From sequence record PQ724393.1: DNA of 64,000 nt. One strand, given 5' to 3'. A program made the translations under genes and the position numbers. The stretch is from a phage. The notes below the pieces were generated by a model. It saw only the letters and a program-made list of their open reading frames with translations. It made no database searches and was not told the DNA's origin. Shown here piece by piece: positions 17,256 to 25,752 of the stretch (positions within the stretch are counted from its first letter, which is position 1; each line of letters starts with the position of its first letter).

Positions 17256-17845
17256 TTACGGCATTCCTTAATAAACTCATTTAAATTATGTTTGTTTTTA
17301 CCTTCGTCGTAAAGACGTTGTTGACGACGTAAACGCCATGGCATTTCAATAGCCAAGCACCAAATACTTAAAGCAGCGCCAGCTGTGAAAAGATTCATTA
17401 ATCCGGCGCCAATAATAGTTCGTTCTAGCGCATCATTCCAGTTAGCATCGATTAAAAATGAACTCAACACTAACATTGGAAGTAAAGTAATAAAATACGC
17501 TACAACATATCGTCCGAACGTAAGCCATTCAGTATCGATGAGCTTAGCCTTTCCATCTTGGAGACAAATATACTTATCGTCAGTGCGGGTGATTTTCTTT
17601 ACCGGTTGCCAACCATTTACGATATAACCCATTCTGAACTCCTCAATTAAAAGCTGTTTCATTTCGGCAGTACAACCTGACCAATCTATTGTACTGGCTG
17701 AAATTCCTTCATCACAGTCATCGATATTTCGCCAGGACTTTTTAATAATCATATGTTCACCACTTGGGATAATAATTCCAGCATTTTCCGACCGACGGAT
17801 GAAGTTTGTATCAATACCCATACAACCAGGTTCATAAAGGGCCAT
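17252..17845 (-). CDS. membrane protein (197 aa)
   Basis: several TM segments in C-terminal half. Confidence 0.5.
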   Translation of the reverse strand: MALYEPGCMGIDTNFIRRSENAGIIIPSGEHMIIKKSWRNIDDCDEGISASTIDWSGCTAEMKQLLIEEFRMGYIVNGWQPVKKITRTDDKYICLQDGKAKLIDTEWLTFGRYVVAYFITLLPMLVLSSFLIDANWNDALERTIIGAGLMNLFTAGAALSIWCLAIEMPWRLRRQQRLYDEGKNKHNLNEFIKECRK

Positions 17846-18531
17846 TACCAGCCCTCCATAGGAAATTCCAGATATACTTGAGCATTAACGCGGATTTCAT
17901 TTGTAATCTTTTTAACACGGTCGGTATTACGAGACACACGACCAAACCAGCGCCACCCGTTACTTACTGCACGAGAACCTGTATGCCATGTTTGCCAATC
18001 AAACTGGAGTAACGTGCGGTCAGGAGCATCCCACTTGGTTAATTCATTGGACTCAATTTTTTCCAGAACTTCTTTATGCCACTGGCGATAGATAAGTTCG
18101 CCTTCAGGAATCTGACTGAACTGTGCAGTTCCGGTTGCAAAATGAGTAGGACACACATCAGCATTAACAAGACCAAGAATATGTTCAGAATGGTATCGAG
18201 GATTATCATAATCAGGTTGCCCTGCGGTAATAAAGTGTTGACCCACCGGAATATCTGGACGTGGTACATCATCATGGTGGAAGCCTGGAATTGCAGGGTA
18301 CCAGCCGGGCATTAACATGTGTACACGGGAATCAAATACGCATTCAACGGCTTTCCACTCATCAGGGAGATTAGTAATAAAGCTACGAGTAATAGGACCA
18401 CCATTTTGTGCAGCAAAATTCAAATCACAGTTAAAGAACATAGGCTCGTTTTTAATATCATCATTAGAAATATGACCTGCAAAACCACCTACTGCACGAG
18501 CTTTAGAATTAAAAGTTTTTGGACCGTTCAT
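17845..18531 (-). CDS. hypothetical protein with possible 2OG-Fe(II) oxygenase motifs
   Basis: GFHHDD (HxD), later WHTG (distal His) and GRVS (RxS); by eye only. Confidence 0.45.
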   Translation of the reverse strand: MNGPKTFNSKARAVGGFAGHISNDDIKNEPMFFNCDLNFAAQNGGPITRSFITNLPDEWKAVECVFDSRVHMLMPGWYPAIPGFHHDDVPRPDIPVGQHFITAGQPDYDNPRYHSEHILGLVNADVCPTHFATGTAQFSQIPEGELIYRQWHKEVLEKIESNELTKWDAPDRTLLQFDWQTWHTGSRAVSNGWRWFGRVSRNTDRVKKITNEIRVNAQVYLEFPMEGW

Positions 18532-18545
18532 AATATTTTCCTCAC

Positions 18546-18758
18546 TTACTTTTTGTTGAAAAAGTACATTTTACCTTTAGGAGATAAGGATACACGAAGG
18601 GCGTTACCAATACCAACTGAACATTTAACCAGGTCAGCAGATTTCAATTCACCAAATGCTTGACGAAGGTCTCCATCACGAGTGTTAACCATCAGGCATT
18701 TAGCACCAGCTGCACGAACTTCGTTTAACATGTTGATTGCTTGGTTAGAAAGTTTCAT
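18546..18758 (-). CDS. hypothetical small protein (about 70 aa)
   Basis: start moved to internal ATG downstream of the promoter element that lies inside the track ORF. Confidence 0.4.
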   Translation of the reverse strand: MKLSNQAINMLNEVRAAGAKCLMVNTRDGDLRQAFGELKSADLVKCSVGIGNALRVSLSPKGKMYFFNKK

Positions 18759-18795
18759 TTTATTCTCCATTTCACTCTGTTGTTTTGATAGGTCT

Positions 18796-18824
18796 ATAGT
18801 ATCACACCTATAGACCTTGTACAC
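18796..18824 (-). promoter_or_regulatory. repeated promoter-hairpin element (inverted repeat GGTCTATAG / CTATAGACC)
   Basis: core TTGATAGGTCTATAGTATCA; 9-bp inverted repeat. Confidence 0.45.
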
Positions 18825-18836
18825 TGTTTTGTGCAA

Positions 18837-19796
18837 TTATTTTTCGAAAGGACGAATTAAATGATGGTTATCTTGGAAACGCTTGATGTAGTCGTTTTCA
18901 CCTAAAGTCTTATACATATTCACTACAGCTTGGTAGTTTTCCCAGGCGTACTCGCGGAACCAACCTGAAGTGATTGAGGTACACACTTTCTCAAGAGCCA
19001 TATAAAAACTTAATGATGGTGAAATATTGAAGTCATTAGGAACCTGTGAACGTTCTAGTGCCAGGACACAAGTTTCTTCATATACACCAGCCAGTTTAAT
19101 AGCTTCGGGCAAAGCCTCGAACTTCTCACGAGAGGTCATGACTTCAGAACCTTCCTTCATATAAAAGGTATATGCAGGGCGTCCAGCCAATGCTACTGCT
19201 TCATGAATAGAGTCATGGTCCAGCGTATAAATGGTATCATTAAAGAACGATGATTTGTTTACGTCCAATTTAGGGTGAGAATAGCTCAACGTTTCTTTTT
19301 GACGTTGCAACATAATTTCCCGGAGTTCTTCGTTCAGGGTGATACCTTTATTACGAAGGTATTTGATGTGGGACATAGTTTTCAAGAAGAACGGATTATT
19401 CTTCAGGAAACGATGAGAGGTTTTGATAGCCAGACAGATATCAGGCGTTGCCCAATAGAAACCAGTAAGACGGTCCTTTTTAATATGATTTTCAGCATAT
19501 TTCAGGAGACGATAACTTGAAGTGAAATCTTCGTCTTGAAGCTCGCCAGTAATTTCTCGTACGTTAGTCAGAGCACGGACAATATAAGCTTCAAAATAGG
19601 TTTCTTTACCATTGTACATACATTTAAAGGCCTGGACATCAGGATTATCCACAGGAACATGAGCGCCGAACATCCGGGCTTTAAAGTGATTCCATGAGCC
19701 TTGGTCGGCAATGAAATCCCAATCAGAATTTTCGATATGCTTACTTTCAATCAGACCAGCGTGGTGCAGTGCACGAGAACCAATAACTAGCATCAT
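18837..19796 (-). CDS. hypothetical protein (319 aa)
   Basis: long ORF; N-terminus LVIGSRALHH...SDWDF loosely NTase-like but spacing atypical. Confidence 0.55.
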   Translation of the reverse strand: MMLVIGSRALHHAGLIESKHIENSDWDFIADQGSWNHFKARMFGAHVPVDNPDVQAFKCMYNGKETYFEAYIVRALTNVREITGELQDEDFTSSYRLLKYAENHIKKDRLTGFYWATPDICLAIKTSHRFLKNNPFFLKTMSHIKYLRNKGITLNEELREIMLQRQKETLSYSHPKLDVNKSSFFNDTIYTLDHDSIHEAVALAGRPAYTFYMKEGSEVMTSREKFEALPEAIKLAGVYEETCVLALERSQVPNDFNISPSLSFYMALEKVCTSITSGWFREYAWENYQAVVNMYKTLGENDYIKRFQDNHHLIRPFEK

Positions 19797-19998
19797 AATA
19801 TTTTCCTCATTAATAAAGACGAGTTACTTCATATTTACCCAGTTCAGATTTTTTTGCTTCAATACGCGTTGCGGCTAGATTAGCAGCCTCTAGTGAAGAA
19901 AATTGGACCACTTGGGAAGTATTCTGCCTTACGCCACCTTGTGGGTGAGTAACAAAAACAATAAGAACATTATACATAATATTTTCCTCAGAGTAAAC

Positions 19999-20238
19999 TT
20001 AAATTTCAGCAACGTAATCGTTATGCAATTCCCACATATCATCAGAATTATTCTTAATGATAGGAATTATCTCATTAGAGATTTCTTCTGCATAAGGGTC
20101 ATTGATACAGTGGGCATCTTCAAAACGAACACCGTAATCAGACTTCTTATAGGCAAAGCCATAAATCTTTTTAAACTTGGCACGACTAATTCGTACCGGC
20201 TCATCAGACTTATCAGACAATGGAGAGTAATACCACAT
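19999..20238 (-). CDS. hypothetical small protein (79 aa)
   Basis: short ORF. Confidence 0.4.
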   Translation of the reverse strand: MWYYSPLSDKSDEPVRISRAKFKKIYGFAYKKSDYGVRFEDAHCINDPYAEEISNEIIPIIKNNSDDMWELHNDYVAEI

Positions 20239-20281
20239 ATGTTCTCCTCATGTTTGTGTAGGGTAATAGTAACATGATTTT

Positions 20282-20626
20282 CTAGAGTTGTACATCACTT
20301 CTGCAATATTCTAAAAATAATTTATCGTTGTCTACGGTATCCCAACGACGCCAAGATGGGTTCCAGACCAAAGCGTTGTCACCACAATCATTGAGCTTAA
20401 AATGGTCGTAGTACATAGCTATATGTCTGGTTTCGTCACCAGAGAACCCTAGTATAGGCTCACCATGAGTATGATACATATGATGGTGCATTGAGAGGTC
20501 GCATTTGTAAAACATCTCACGTTTACCACGAATGAACAAGAAAGCTTGACCATTCATATAGAATTCTTTATCTGTTTTCAAAAGATATTTGAATACCGAA
20601 TCTTTATGCATAAGTCCTCCTACCAC
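20282..20626 (-). CDS. hypothetical protein (114 aa), His-rich segment
   Basis: ORF; MHHHMYHTHGE segment. Confidence 0.45.
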   Translation of the reverse strand: MVGGLMHKDSVFKYLLKTDKEFYMNGQAFLFIRGKREMFYKCDLSMHHHMYHTHGEPILGFSGDETRHIAMYYDHFKLNDCGDNALVWNPSWRRWDTVDNDKLFLEYCRSDVQL

Positions 20627-20641
20627 ATCCTTGTGGTTAAA

Positions 20642-20869
20642 TTATTTTCCTAACGAAACACGAGTAGGTTTTTTACCAAAATAGTCTTCATAAGACCCAT
20701 CTAAACGACCTGCTTTAGACCGACAATATGAATCGTACTTTTTGTAATAAGTCATCTCGGTATTATAACGCGGGTGTCTATCAGCCATAATAATACTTAA
20801 CGGCCAACCTTTGGCATAATCGCGAAGACCATTTATTTTACGAATGTATCTTTTCTTTAATTTTAGCAT
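20642..20869 (-). CDS. hypothetical small basic protein (75 aa)
   Basis: short ORF overlapping upstream stop. Confidence 0.4.
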   Translation of the reverse strand: MLKLKKRYIRKINGLRDYAKGWPLSIIMADRHPRYNTEMTYYKKYDSYCRSKAGRLDGSYEDYFGKKPTRVSLGK

Positions 20870-21087
20870 GAGCTCGGATACCAGATTTTACCATCAGAAC
20901 GAGCAACGAAGGTTCGGCCGGCTTCTTCGCCGTAACAAGAGCTATTCAGCCAATCTTCAAGACGAACTTCACCATCATAATCATCAAGCTCAACACCAAA
21001 ATCTTGTGCAGAAGCCATATCTTTTACTTTCTTATACAGCGCAGCCAGTTCAAGAGCAGCTTTTTCTAATTCATTAATATCAGACAT
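20863..21087 (-). CDS. tandem-family small protein 1 (C-terminus ...KIWYPSSC)
   Basis: member of five tandem paralogs with W-x-[SNP]-S-S..C C-terminus. Confidence 0.5.
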   Translation of the reverse strand: MSDINELEKAALELAALYKKVKDMASAQDFGVELDDYDGEVRLEDWLNSSCYGEEAGRTFVARSDGKIWYPSSC

Positions 21088-21096
21088 TTTATTTCC

Positions 21097-21327
21097 TTAG
21101 CAAGACATAGAGGAGTTAAACCAGAAACCCTGGCCATCATTGATACCGTAATCACTGCGAATCCAGTCATATTCTTCGTATTCTTCGCTAGAAGCCGGAA
21201 TATAACGCTGGAAACGGTCTGCGGCGTGTAAATTAAAAATTTCGCCGGTTTTATCGGCCAGCTGCTCACCTTCACAGATTAGTGCACGGATTTGGTCTTC
21301 GATTTCTTTAACAGTTTTAGAAGTCAT
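21097..21327 (-). CDS. tandem-family small protein 2 (C-terminus ...GFWFNSSMSC)
   Basis: 9-nt spacer to neighbour; conserved junction TGC-TAA-GGAA..ATG. Confidence 0.5.
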   Translation of the reverse strand: MTSKTVKEIEDQIRALICEGEQLADKTGEIFNLHAADRFQRYIPASSEEYEEYDWIRSDYGINDGQGFWFNSSMSC

Positions 21328-21336
21328 TTTATTACC

Positions 21337-21534
21337 TTAGCATTCGTAAGAGGAGGACACCCAAGAGGTACCACTAATTGTAATACAACCATTATAAAGC
21401 GTGATATGACGTTCCAGGTCACGAACACCGTCGATATAGATATCAGCTTCTTCGCGTTCTTCTTTACAAATCTGGATAACGTTTTCAATAGCTGCGGCTG
21501 CAGTACGGATTGCACAATCTAGTTCACGAGACAT
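21337..21534 (-). CDS. tandem-family small protein 3 (C-terminus ...TSWVSSSYEC)
   Basis: same family. Confidence 0.5.
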   Translation of the reverse strand: MSRELDCAIRTAAAAIENVIQICKEEREEADIYIDGVRDLERHITLYNGCITISGTSWVSSSYEC

Positions 21535-21543
21535 AATAATTCC

Positions 21544-21825
21544 TTAACATTCAGAAGAAGAGGATACCCATCCACCATTTTCTAGGCTGGTAGTGTAATC
21601 ATGTTGGTTTACAATAGCGTACTGAGCTTCACCGTATTCTTCCCAGTGGGCCAGGTCAGCTTTCAAGGCGCCAGGAGAATAATAGTCACCGCCCATACCG
21701 CGAGCAGGGTATATATTAAAATGAGTCTCATATTTGTTGGCAATTTCCTCGGCACGACGAATAGCTTTATGGATATCATTTACTGCAGCAGCCAGCTCTT
21801 TATTTTTACGGTAATCATTCATCAT
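21544..21825 (-). CDS. tandem-family small protein 4 (C-terminus ...GGWVSSSSEC)
   Basis: same family. Confidence 0.5.
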   Translation of the reverse strand: MMNDYRKNKELAAAVNDIHKAIRRAEEIANKYETHFNIYPARGMGGDYYSPGALKADLAHWEEYGEAQYAIVNQHDYTTSLENGGWVSSSSEC

Positions 21826-21834
21826 AGCGTTTCC

Positions 21835-22125
21835 TTAGCACATTGCCGAAGAGGAGACCCAAGCACCAACTGTAACGACGCCATTTTCAACTTCACCACC
21901 ATTGTTTTCAATTTCATCTTTAAACCACTGGGAGCATTCATAACCAACAGGGTAGTATGTACGTCCTGAGCCATAATCACCTGTTCCGAATTGAATACCG
22001 TACTTATCGGCAATAGCTTCACATTTGGATTCGATGGTATCCACTTTATTCAGAAGAGCATAGATAGCCTTTTCTGCAGATTTCTCGTCATTGTATTCAG
22101 GGATTTCAATTTCAATTTTATTCAT
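21835..22125 (-). CDS. tandem-family small protein 5 (C-terminus ...GAWVSSSAMC)
   Basis: same family. Confidence 0.5.
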   Translation of the reverse strand: MNKIEIEIPEYNDEKSAEKAIYALLNKVDTIESKCEAIADKYGIQFGTGDYGSGRTYYPVGYECSQWFKDEIENNGGEVENGVVTVGAWVSSSAMC

Positions 22126-22475
22126 GATTTACATTCCTTAATAAAGGTTTCAAGGTCATTACGTTTGGTTTGTTTTACATACTCATTATAATTAGCCATC
22201 TCTAAAGCATATCTCTTTTTACGTGGCTTGTTTATTTTATTAGTTTGGGCGATATCAAAGACCAATGGGATAAAGTATCCTATTAAAGCCGGAACCCAAA
22301 TCCATGCGAGGCTCATATCTTCAAACGGATGGCGAGGCATACCATTAATAATCCCGCCGACAAGAAATCCAATTATCCCTGCAACCATACTAGTAGCAAT
22401 GCCGAGGAATAATGAAATAGAGATATCGTAATCTGCTAATGCGTAACCAGGGTCGGTTTTACTAGGCTTATACAT
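22122..22475 (-). CDS. membrane protein (about 117 aa)
   Basis: start set to internal ATG (MYKPSK) overlapping upstream stop; two TM segments. Confidence 0.45.
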   Translation of the reverse strand: MYKPSKTDPGYALADYDISISLFLGIATSMVAGIIGFLVGGIINGMPRHPFEDMSLAWIWVPALIGYFIPLVFDIAQTNKINKPRKKRYALEMANYNEYVKQTKRNDLETFIKECKS

Positions 22476-23004
22476 TTTGGACCTCTTTGGCGTATTCGCG
22501 GCATTCAGCAATAAAACGATTAAGCTTACGTTGTTGTTTACGACTTTCTAATGTGTATTCGTTGGCTAAAATAATAAGCTCATCTTTATCGTAGTTTTTG
22601 ATATCCGAATAACTCGGGCGACGGTCGATCATTCCAAATACATCACCATTTTCTAAAGCTACATAGCATACTAAATGGTAATCATCGTCTGCCATATTAA
22701 GAAGCACACAATCAGCGCTCTCGTTTAAAGAATATACTGAATAACGTAGTCCGGCGAATTCCACTCGTTGAATAGCCAGATTTACGTCAATAATTTCCAA
22801 AGCATCTTCAAAAGAAAGGTCTTCAGCTAAAGCAAAAATAAAAGGTAATTTGGTAGTATCGCCACGGCTAGATGTTCTGCTTAAGAAATCGTTTGAATAG
22901 CCTAGGTCTTGGCGAATTCTATAAAGAACTGAATTGGTTTCATGGGAAAGACCGCTATTTTTAAACCAATCAATATTGGATATCAAATTATCATATAAGC
23001 TCAT
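22468..23004 (-). CDS. hypothetical protein (178 aa)
   Basis: ORF. Confidence 0.5.
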   Translation of the reverse strand: MSLYDNLISNIDWFKNSGLSHETNSVLYRIRQDLGYSNDFLSRTSSRGDTTKLPFIFALAEDLSFEDALEIIDVNLAIQRVEFAGLRYSVYSLNESADCVLLNMADDDYHLVCYVALENGDVFGMIDRRPSYSDIKNYDKDELIILANEYTLESRKQQRKLNRFIAECREYAKEVQNV

Positions 23005-23025
23005 AATATTCTCCTCTCCTCCAAA

Positions 23026-23043
23026 TAGGGAGACCGAAGTCTC
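23026..23043 (-). terminator. hairpin, possible weak terminator
   Basis: GGGAGAC-CGAA-GTCTCCC; weak U-run. Confidence 0.4.
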
Positions 23044-23052
23044 CCAGTAACA

Positions 23053-23646
23053 TTACTTAAGTGAATTAATGTAGTCTTCGATATCAGCAGAAGTCGTATC
23101 CATTCCAACTTGCGGGCCTTTAAACGTTTCTACACGAAGTAGGGTATCTTCAATATCAATCTTAGTCAATGCGGCGATTTCAACAACATCATCGGCAGTA
23201 GCAATACCCAGGGCAGCCATATTACGAGTTTCACGAATGTACTCAAGCTTAACCGCTAGTTCCTGGCGAGAGTCATCAAGTTCCTTGACCTTAAGCTTAA
23301 TTTCATTACGCATTTCAACATAATCATCGGCTTTCTTACGAAGTTGAGTAGCCGTACGACGATAAAGGAGGCCAAGTTTAGCATGCACCTGAACATCAGC
23401 ACCTTCTTTAATCAGTTTACGAATTTCACGTTCTTTAGAACTAGCCAGTTGGTCCTTTTCGTTAGCGAGTTCACGAATACGTTTTTCTTCATTCACGGAC
23501 TTAACATGAGCAGTCTGGAGTTCAGTGATTTTATCAATCAGAGTAGAAGCCGCTTTGGTGTATTGGTCTTCGATTGACAGGTTCTGAGACATTGCTGTAC
23601 CCAGTTTAGAACGGATGAATTCAACGATTTTCTTTAAAGTGTTCAT
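23053..23646 (-). CDS. coiled-coil protein (197 aa)
   Basis: heptad-rich, charged; no specific motif. Confidence 0.55.
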   Translation of the reverse strand: MNTLKKIVEFIRSKLGTAMSQNLSIEDQYTKAASTLIDKITELQTAHVKSVNEEKRIRELANEKDQLASSKEREIRKLIKEGADVQVHAKLGLLYRRTATQLRKKADDYVEMRNEIKLKVKELDDSRQELAVKLEYIRETRNMAALGIATADDVVEIAALTKIDIEDTLLRVETFKGPQVGMDTTSADIEDYINSLK

Positions 23647-23689
23647 AGTATTTCCTTCAGTTGGTTAACGTTTTGTAATCCATGAGGAC

Positions 23690-23719
23690 ATTATACCCTG
23701 TCCTCTGAGGGATGTAAAC
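23690..23719 (-). promoter_or_regulatory. sigma70-like promoter (GTTTAC-N18-GTATAAT)
   Basis: minus strand GTTTACATCC...GTATAATG upstream of gene at 23646. Confidence 0.5.
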
Positions 23720-23721
23720 AT

Positions 23722-24120
23722 TTATTTCATTTTTGCGAGGCAAATTTCATTGGCTTCCCATTGAGCTTGCTTAATAATAGCTTTGGATACAGGAGCCCTT
23801 TGGCCATAAGTTTTTGACGTTGAGAGAACAATACATTTGTTTGCTTCATTATGCCAGCCCCATGATTTTTCGCCATGGGTGCCTTTAACTACAGCTGACA
23901 CCTCAACAGAGCAACCACCATCAGAAATCTTGGTTTCGACAATCCATTCATTTCTCTCAGCAGCTTCAAGTTCCAATCTAGTTTTTTCTTCATACATCGC
24001 GGCCCAATCAGTTTTTGCCAAGTTGAAAGTAAGAGCTTTCTCTAATTCTTTGGCATATTTTTGTTGTTCAGGTGTTAATGAATTATACAACTCTTGCATT
24101 TCTTTATCTTCGATATTCAT
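23722..24120 (-). CDS. hypothetical protein (132 aa)
   Basis: ORF with GAGGAG RBS. Confidence 0.5.
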   Translation of the reverse strand: MNIEDKEMQELYNSLTPEQQKYAKELEKALTFNLAKTDWAAMYEEKTRLELEAAERNEWIVETKISDGGCSVEVSAVVKGTHGEKSWGWHNEANKCIVLSTSKTYGQRAPVSKAIIKQAQWEANEICLAKMK

Positions 24121-24145
24121 TATGATCTCCTCAAATTATGGGCTC

Positions 24146-24175
24146 ATAATATCTTAATCATGGGCCCATGTAAAC
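24146..24175 (-). promoter_or_regulatory. sigma70-like promoter (GTTTAC-N18-TATTAT)
   Basis: upstream of 23722..24120. Confidence 0.45.
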
Positions 24176-24178
24176 GTT

Positions 24179-24457
24179 TTATTTCATATTATTGAAATAA
24201 TCTTCCGCATCAAAATCGTTATCATGATAAACTTTGGTAGACAATTTAACATAACCTTCGGCGGCGAACATATTAACCACAACCTTTACAGTATACCATT
24301 GTCCATCATCATTACCCATTACTGCATAGGTTTCAAATATGGGATGGTCATCACCGATAACTTTAATATCGTTAACTGTAGCACCAAATTCTTCAGGAAC
24401 GCATTTCATAAAGAAATTAAACAATTCACCATAATTATCCATTTTACTCTCCTTCAC
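24179..24457 (-). CDS. hypothetical small acidic protein (92 aa)
   Basis: ORF with GGAG RBS. Confidence 0.5.
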   Translation of the reverse strand: MKESKMDNYGELFNFFMKCVPEEFGATVNDIKVIGDDHPIFETYAVMGNDDGQWYTVKVVVNMFAAEGYVKLSTKVYHDNDFDAEDYFNNMK

Positions 24458-24477
24458 ACTGTTGTTTTGATAGGTCT

Positions 24478-24506
24478 ATAGTATCATGTTCTACGAAAGA
24501 GTAAAC
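24478..24506 (-). promoter_or_regulatory. repeated promoter-hairpin element (GTTTAC-N17-TACTAT)
   Basis: core TTGATAGGTCTATAGTATCA. Confidence 0.5.
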
Positions 24507-24530
24507 ATCTTTTTTAAACTTTTTAGAAAC

Positions 24531-24558
24531 AAAAAAGGCCCAACCTTTCGGAAGGGCC
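24531..24558 (-). terminator. rho-independent terminator (minus strand)
   Basis: A-run then GGCCC..TTCGG..GGGCC hairpin on plus strand. Confidence 0.6.
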
Positions 24559-24650
24559 TAGAATCAGTTCTTGTAGAACCGGAATGGGTTTATGTGGAAG
24601 GCTAACATAGCTTTTATTTTAAAAGTTTCATATATTTCTCTAAGTTAACC

Positions 24651-24670
24651 AAAAAAGCCCCAGACGGGGC
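24651..24670 (-). terminator. rho-independent terminator (minus strand)
   Basis: AAAAAA-GCCCC-AGA-CGGGGC immediately after IP-like gene stop. Confidence 0.7.
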
Positions 24671-24675
24671 TTTCG

Positions 24676-25140
24676 TTATTTGATTTGTTTAGCAGACCAG
24701 ATACGGTCTTTGATGATTTTCTGAATATCTTCAACATACTCTAAGTCGTGAGCATGCGGATTATCTTTGAAGCTATGTGCTCGTGCCAGTTTCTGGCCTT
24801 CTGTTTTGATTACTAAAAGCTCTTTAAGAATTGCTTCATACTTAGAAATGATTCCTTTAGCGATATTTTTTTCTTGAGCGGCTTTAGGGTCCGCTTTTGA
24901 CGCAGGTGCTTTACCTGTAGCTTTCTGGAACAATTCACCTGATGCAGCTAGGCTTTTAAAAACTCGGCTAACAGTATTAGCATTAGTAAAACCTTCGGCT
25001 TTAAAATCTTTAATAAAACGGAAACGTTCTTCATCAGAGGCGTCTTTGTAAGAATATTTACCTGCTTGAATTGCTGCAATCGCGGCGGCTTTTACATCTG
25101 AACTAGATTGTTCGGTCAAAAATTCATTGTAAGTTTTCAT
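24676..25140 (-). CDS. internal-protein-like protein with capsid targeting sequence (MKTYNEFLTE)
   Basis: CTS-like N-terminus; 154 aa, Lys/Ala-rich; located beside tRNA cluster, not at a canonical T4 ip locus. Confidence 0.6.
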   Translation of the reverse strand: MKTYNEFLTEQSSSDVKAAAIAAIQAGKYSYKDASDEERFRFIKDFKAEGFTNANTVSRVFKSLAASGELFQKATGKAPASKADPKAAQEKNIAKGIISKYEAILKELLVIKTEGQKLARAHSFKDNPHAHDLEYVEDIQKIIKDRIWSAKQIK

Positions 25141-25181
25141 TATTATTTCCTAAGTTAATTAACTTATCTATTTATTATGCC

Positions 25182-25209
25182 AAAAAGCCCCAACCTTTCG
25201 GAAGGGGCC
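25182..25209 (-). terminator. rho-independent terminator (minus strand)
   Basis: AAAAA-GCCCC..TTCGG..GGGGCC hairpin. Confidence 0.65.
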
Positions 25210-25589
25210 ATGCCTTGCGGTAACCTTGTCGGGGTTCCACCTGCTAGGCAAGTGTTTGTACGAAACGCCAGGATTCGAACCCGGTTATTAAGCAGTTGAC
25301 GCTACTCAATATTTTTAAAAGGCCATATCTCGACCATATCCGAACGTTCCGTCAAAAACGCTACTCGGCTTACGGCAAAGATATTTCCTCGAATCGATAA
25401 TTAGGTGCGCCGTTTCTGCTGTGATGTAAGGGGACATTAACAGATCGTAAAGATTTGTTAATGCCAGTCCTTACTCAGGGAACATCAGTCCGACGACTTA
25501 CCGGTAGCGACCCGGTTTCTTGTTTGTTGCGCCGGTGAATGCTGGTAATCAGTCTTCATACGACGGCTTGACTATATAATAGTCTTCAT

Positions 25590-25665
25590 TTGGTATCCCG
25601 CCCTGGGATCGAACCAGGACCGCAAACTTAGAAGGATCGTATGCTATCCATTACACCAGCGGGAC
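25590..25665 (-). tRNA. tRNA-Arg (anticodon UCU)
   Basis: minus strand GTCCCGCTGGTGTAATGGATAGCATACGATCCTTCTAAGTTTGCGGTCCTGGTTCGATCCCAGGGCGGGATACCA; cloverleaf foldable by eye, anticodon loop CTTCTAAG. Confidence 0.8.
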
Positions 25666-25670
25666 ATAGT

Positions 25671-25747
25671 TGGTGACCCGGACCAGATTTGAACTGGTAA
25701 CCTTTCCCTTATGAGGGGACTGCTGCTAACCATTGAGCTACAGGGCC
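25671..25747 (-). tRNA. tRNA with CAU anticodon (Ile-type as in T4, or Met)
   Basis: minus strand GGCCCTGTAGCTCAATGGTTAGCAGCAGTCCCCTCATAAGGGAAAGGTTACCAGTTCAAATCTGGTCCGGGTCACCA; anticodon loop CCTCATAAG. Confidence 0.75.
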
Positions 25748-25752
25748 TTAAT

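Noticed and set aside
19812-19979. Unlisted 55-codon minus-strand ORF (MYNVLIVFVTHPQGG...) with a GAGGAAAATATT RBS between two annotated genes
   Set aside because: Plausible small gene but below the track threshold and supported only by RBS and packing. Not listed as a feature for lack of further evidence.
452-20277. Plus-strand ORFs from the track lying inside the minus-strand early region (e.g. 452-745, 14481-14846, 19903-20277)
   Set aside because: Each overlaps a better-supported minus-strand gene, lacks an RBS, and breaks the otherwise uniform transcription direction. Treated as shadow ORFs.
17252-23004. Shared C-terminal peptide motif F-I-K-E-C-[KR] in proteins 17252-17845 and 22122-22511, with a related NRFIAECRE in 22468-23004
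   Set aside because: In the two clear cases the codons for I-K-E (AUU AAG GAA) are the Shine-Dalgarno of the overlapping downstream gene, 10 nt before its ATG. The similarity is therefore explained by nucleotide-level constraint rather than a protein domain.
23053-23646. Possible PspA/ESCRT-III-like protein
   Set aside because: The resemblance rests only on coiled-coil heptad composition. No specific conserved residues could be matched, so it is annotated simply as a coiled-coil protein.
25258-25345. Third tRNA on the minus strand suggested by a perfect T-arm
   Set aside because: No complementary acceptor-stem 5' strand or convincing anticodon arm could be found by hand. Kept as a possible remnant or stable RNA in findings rather than a tRNA feature.
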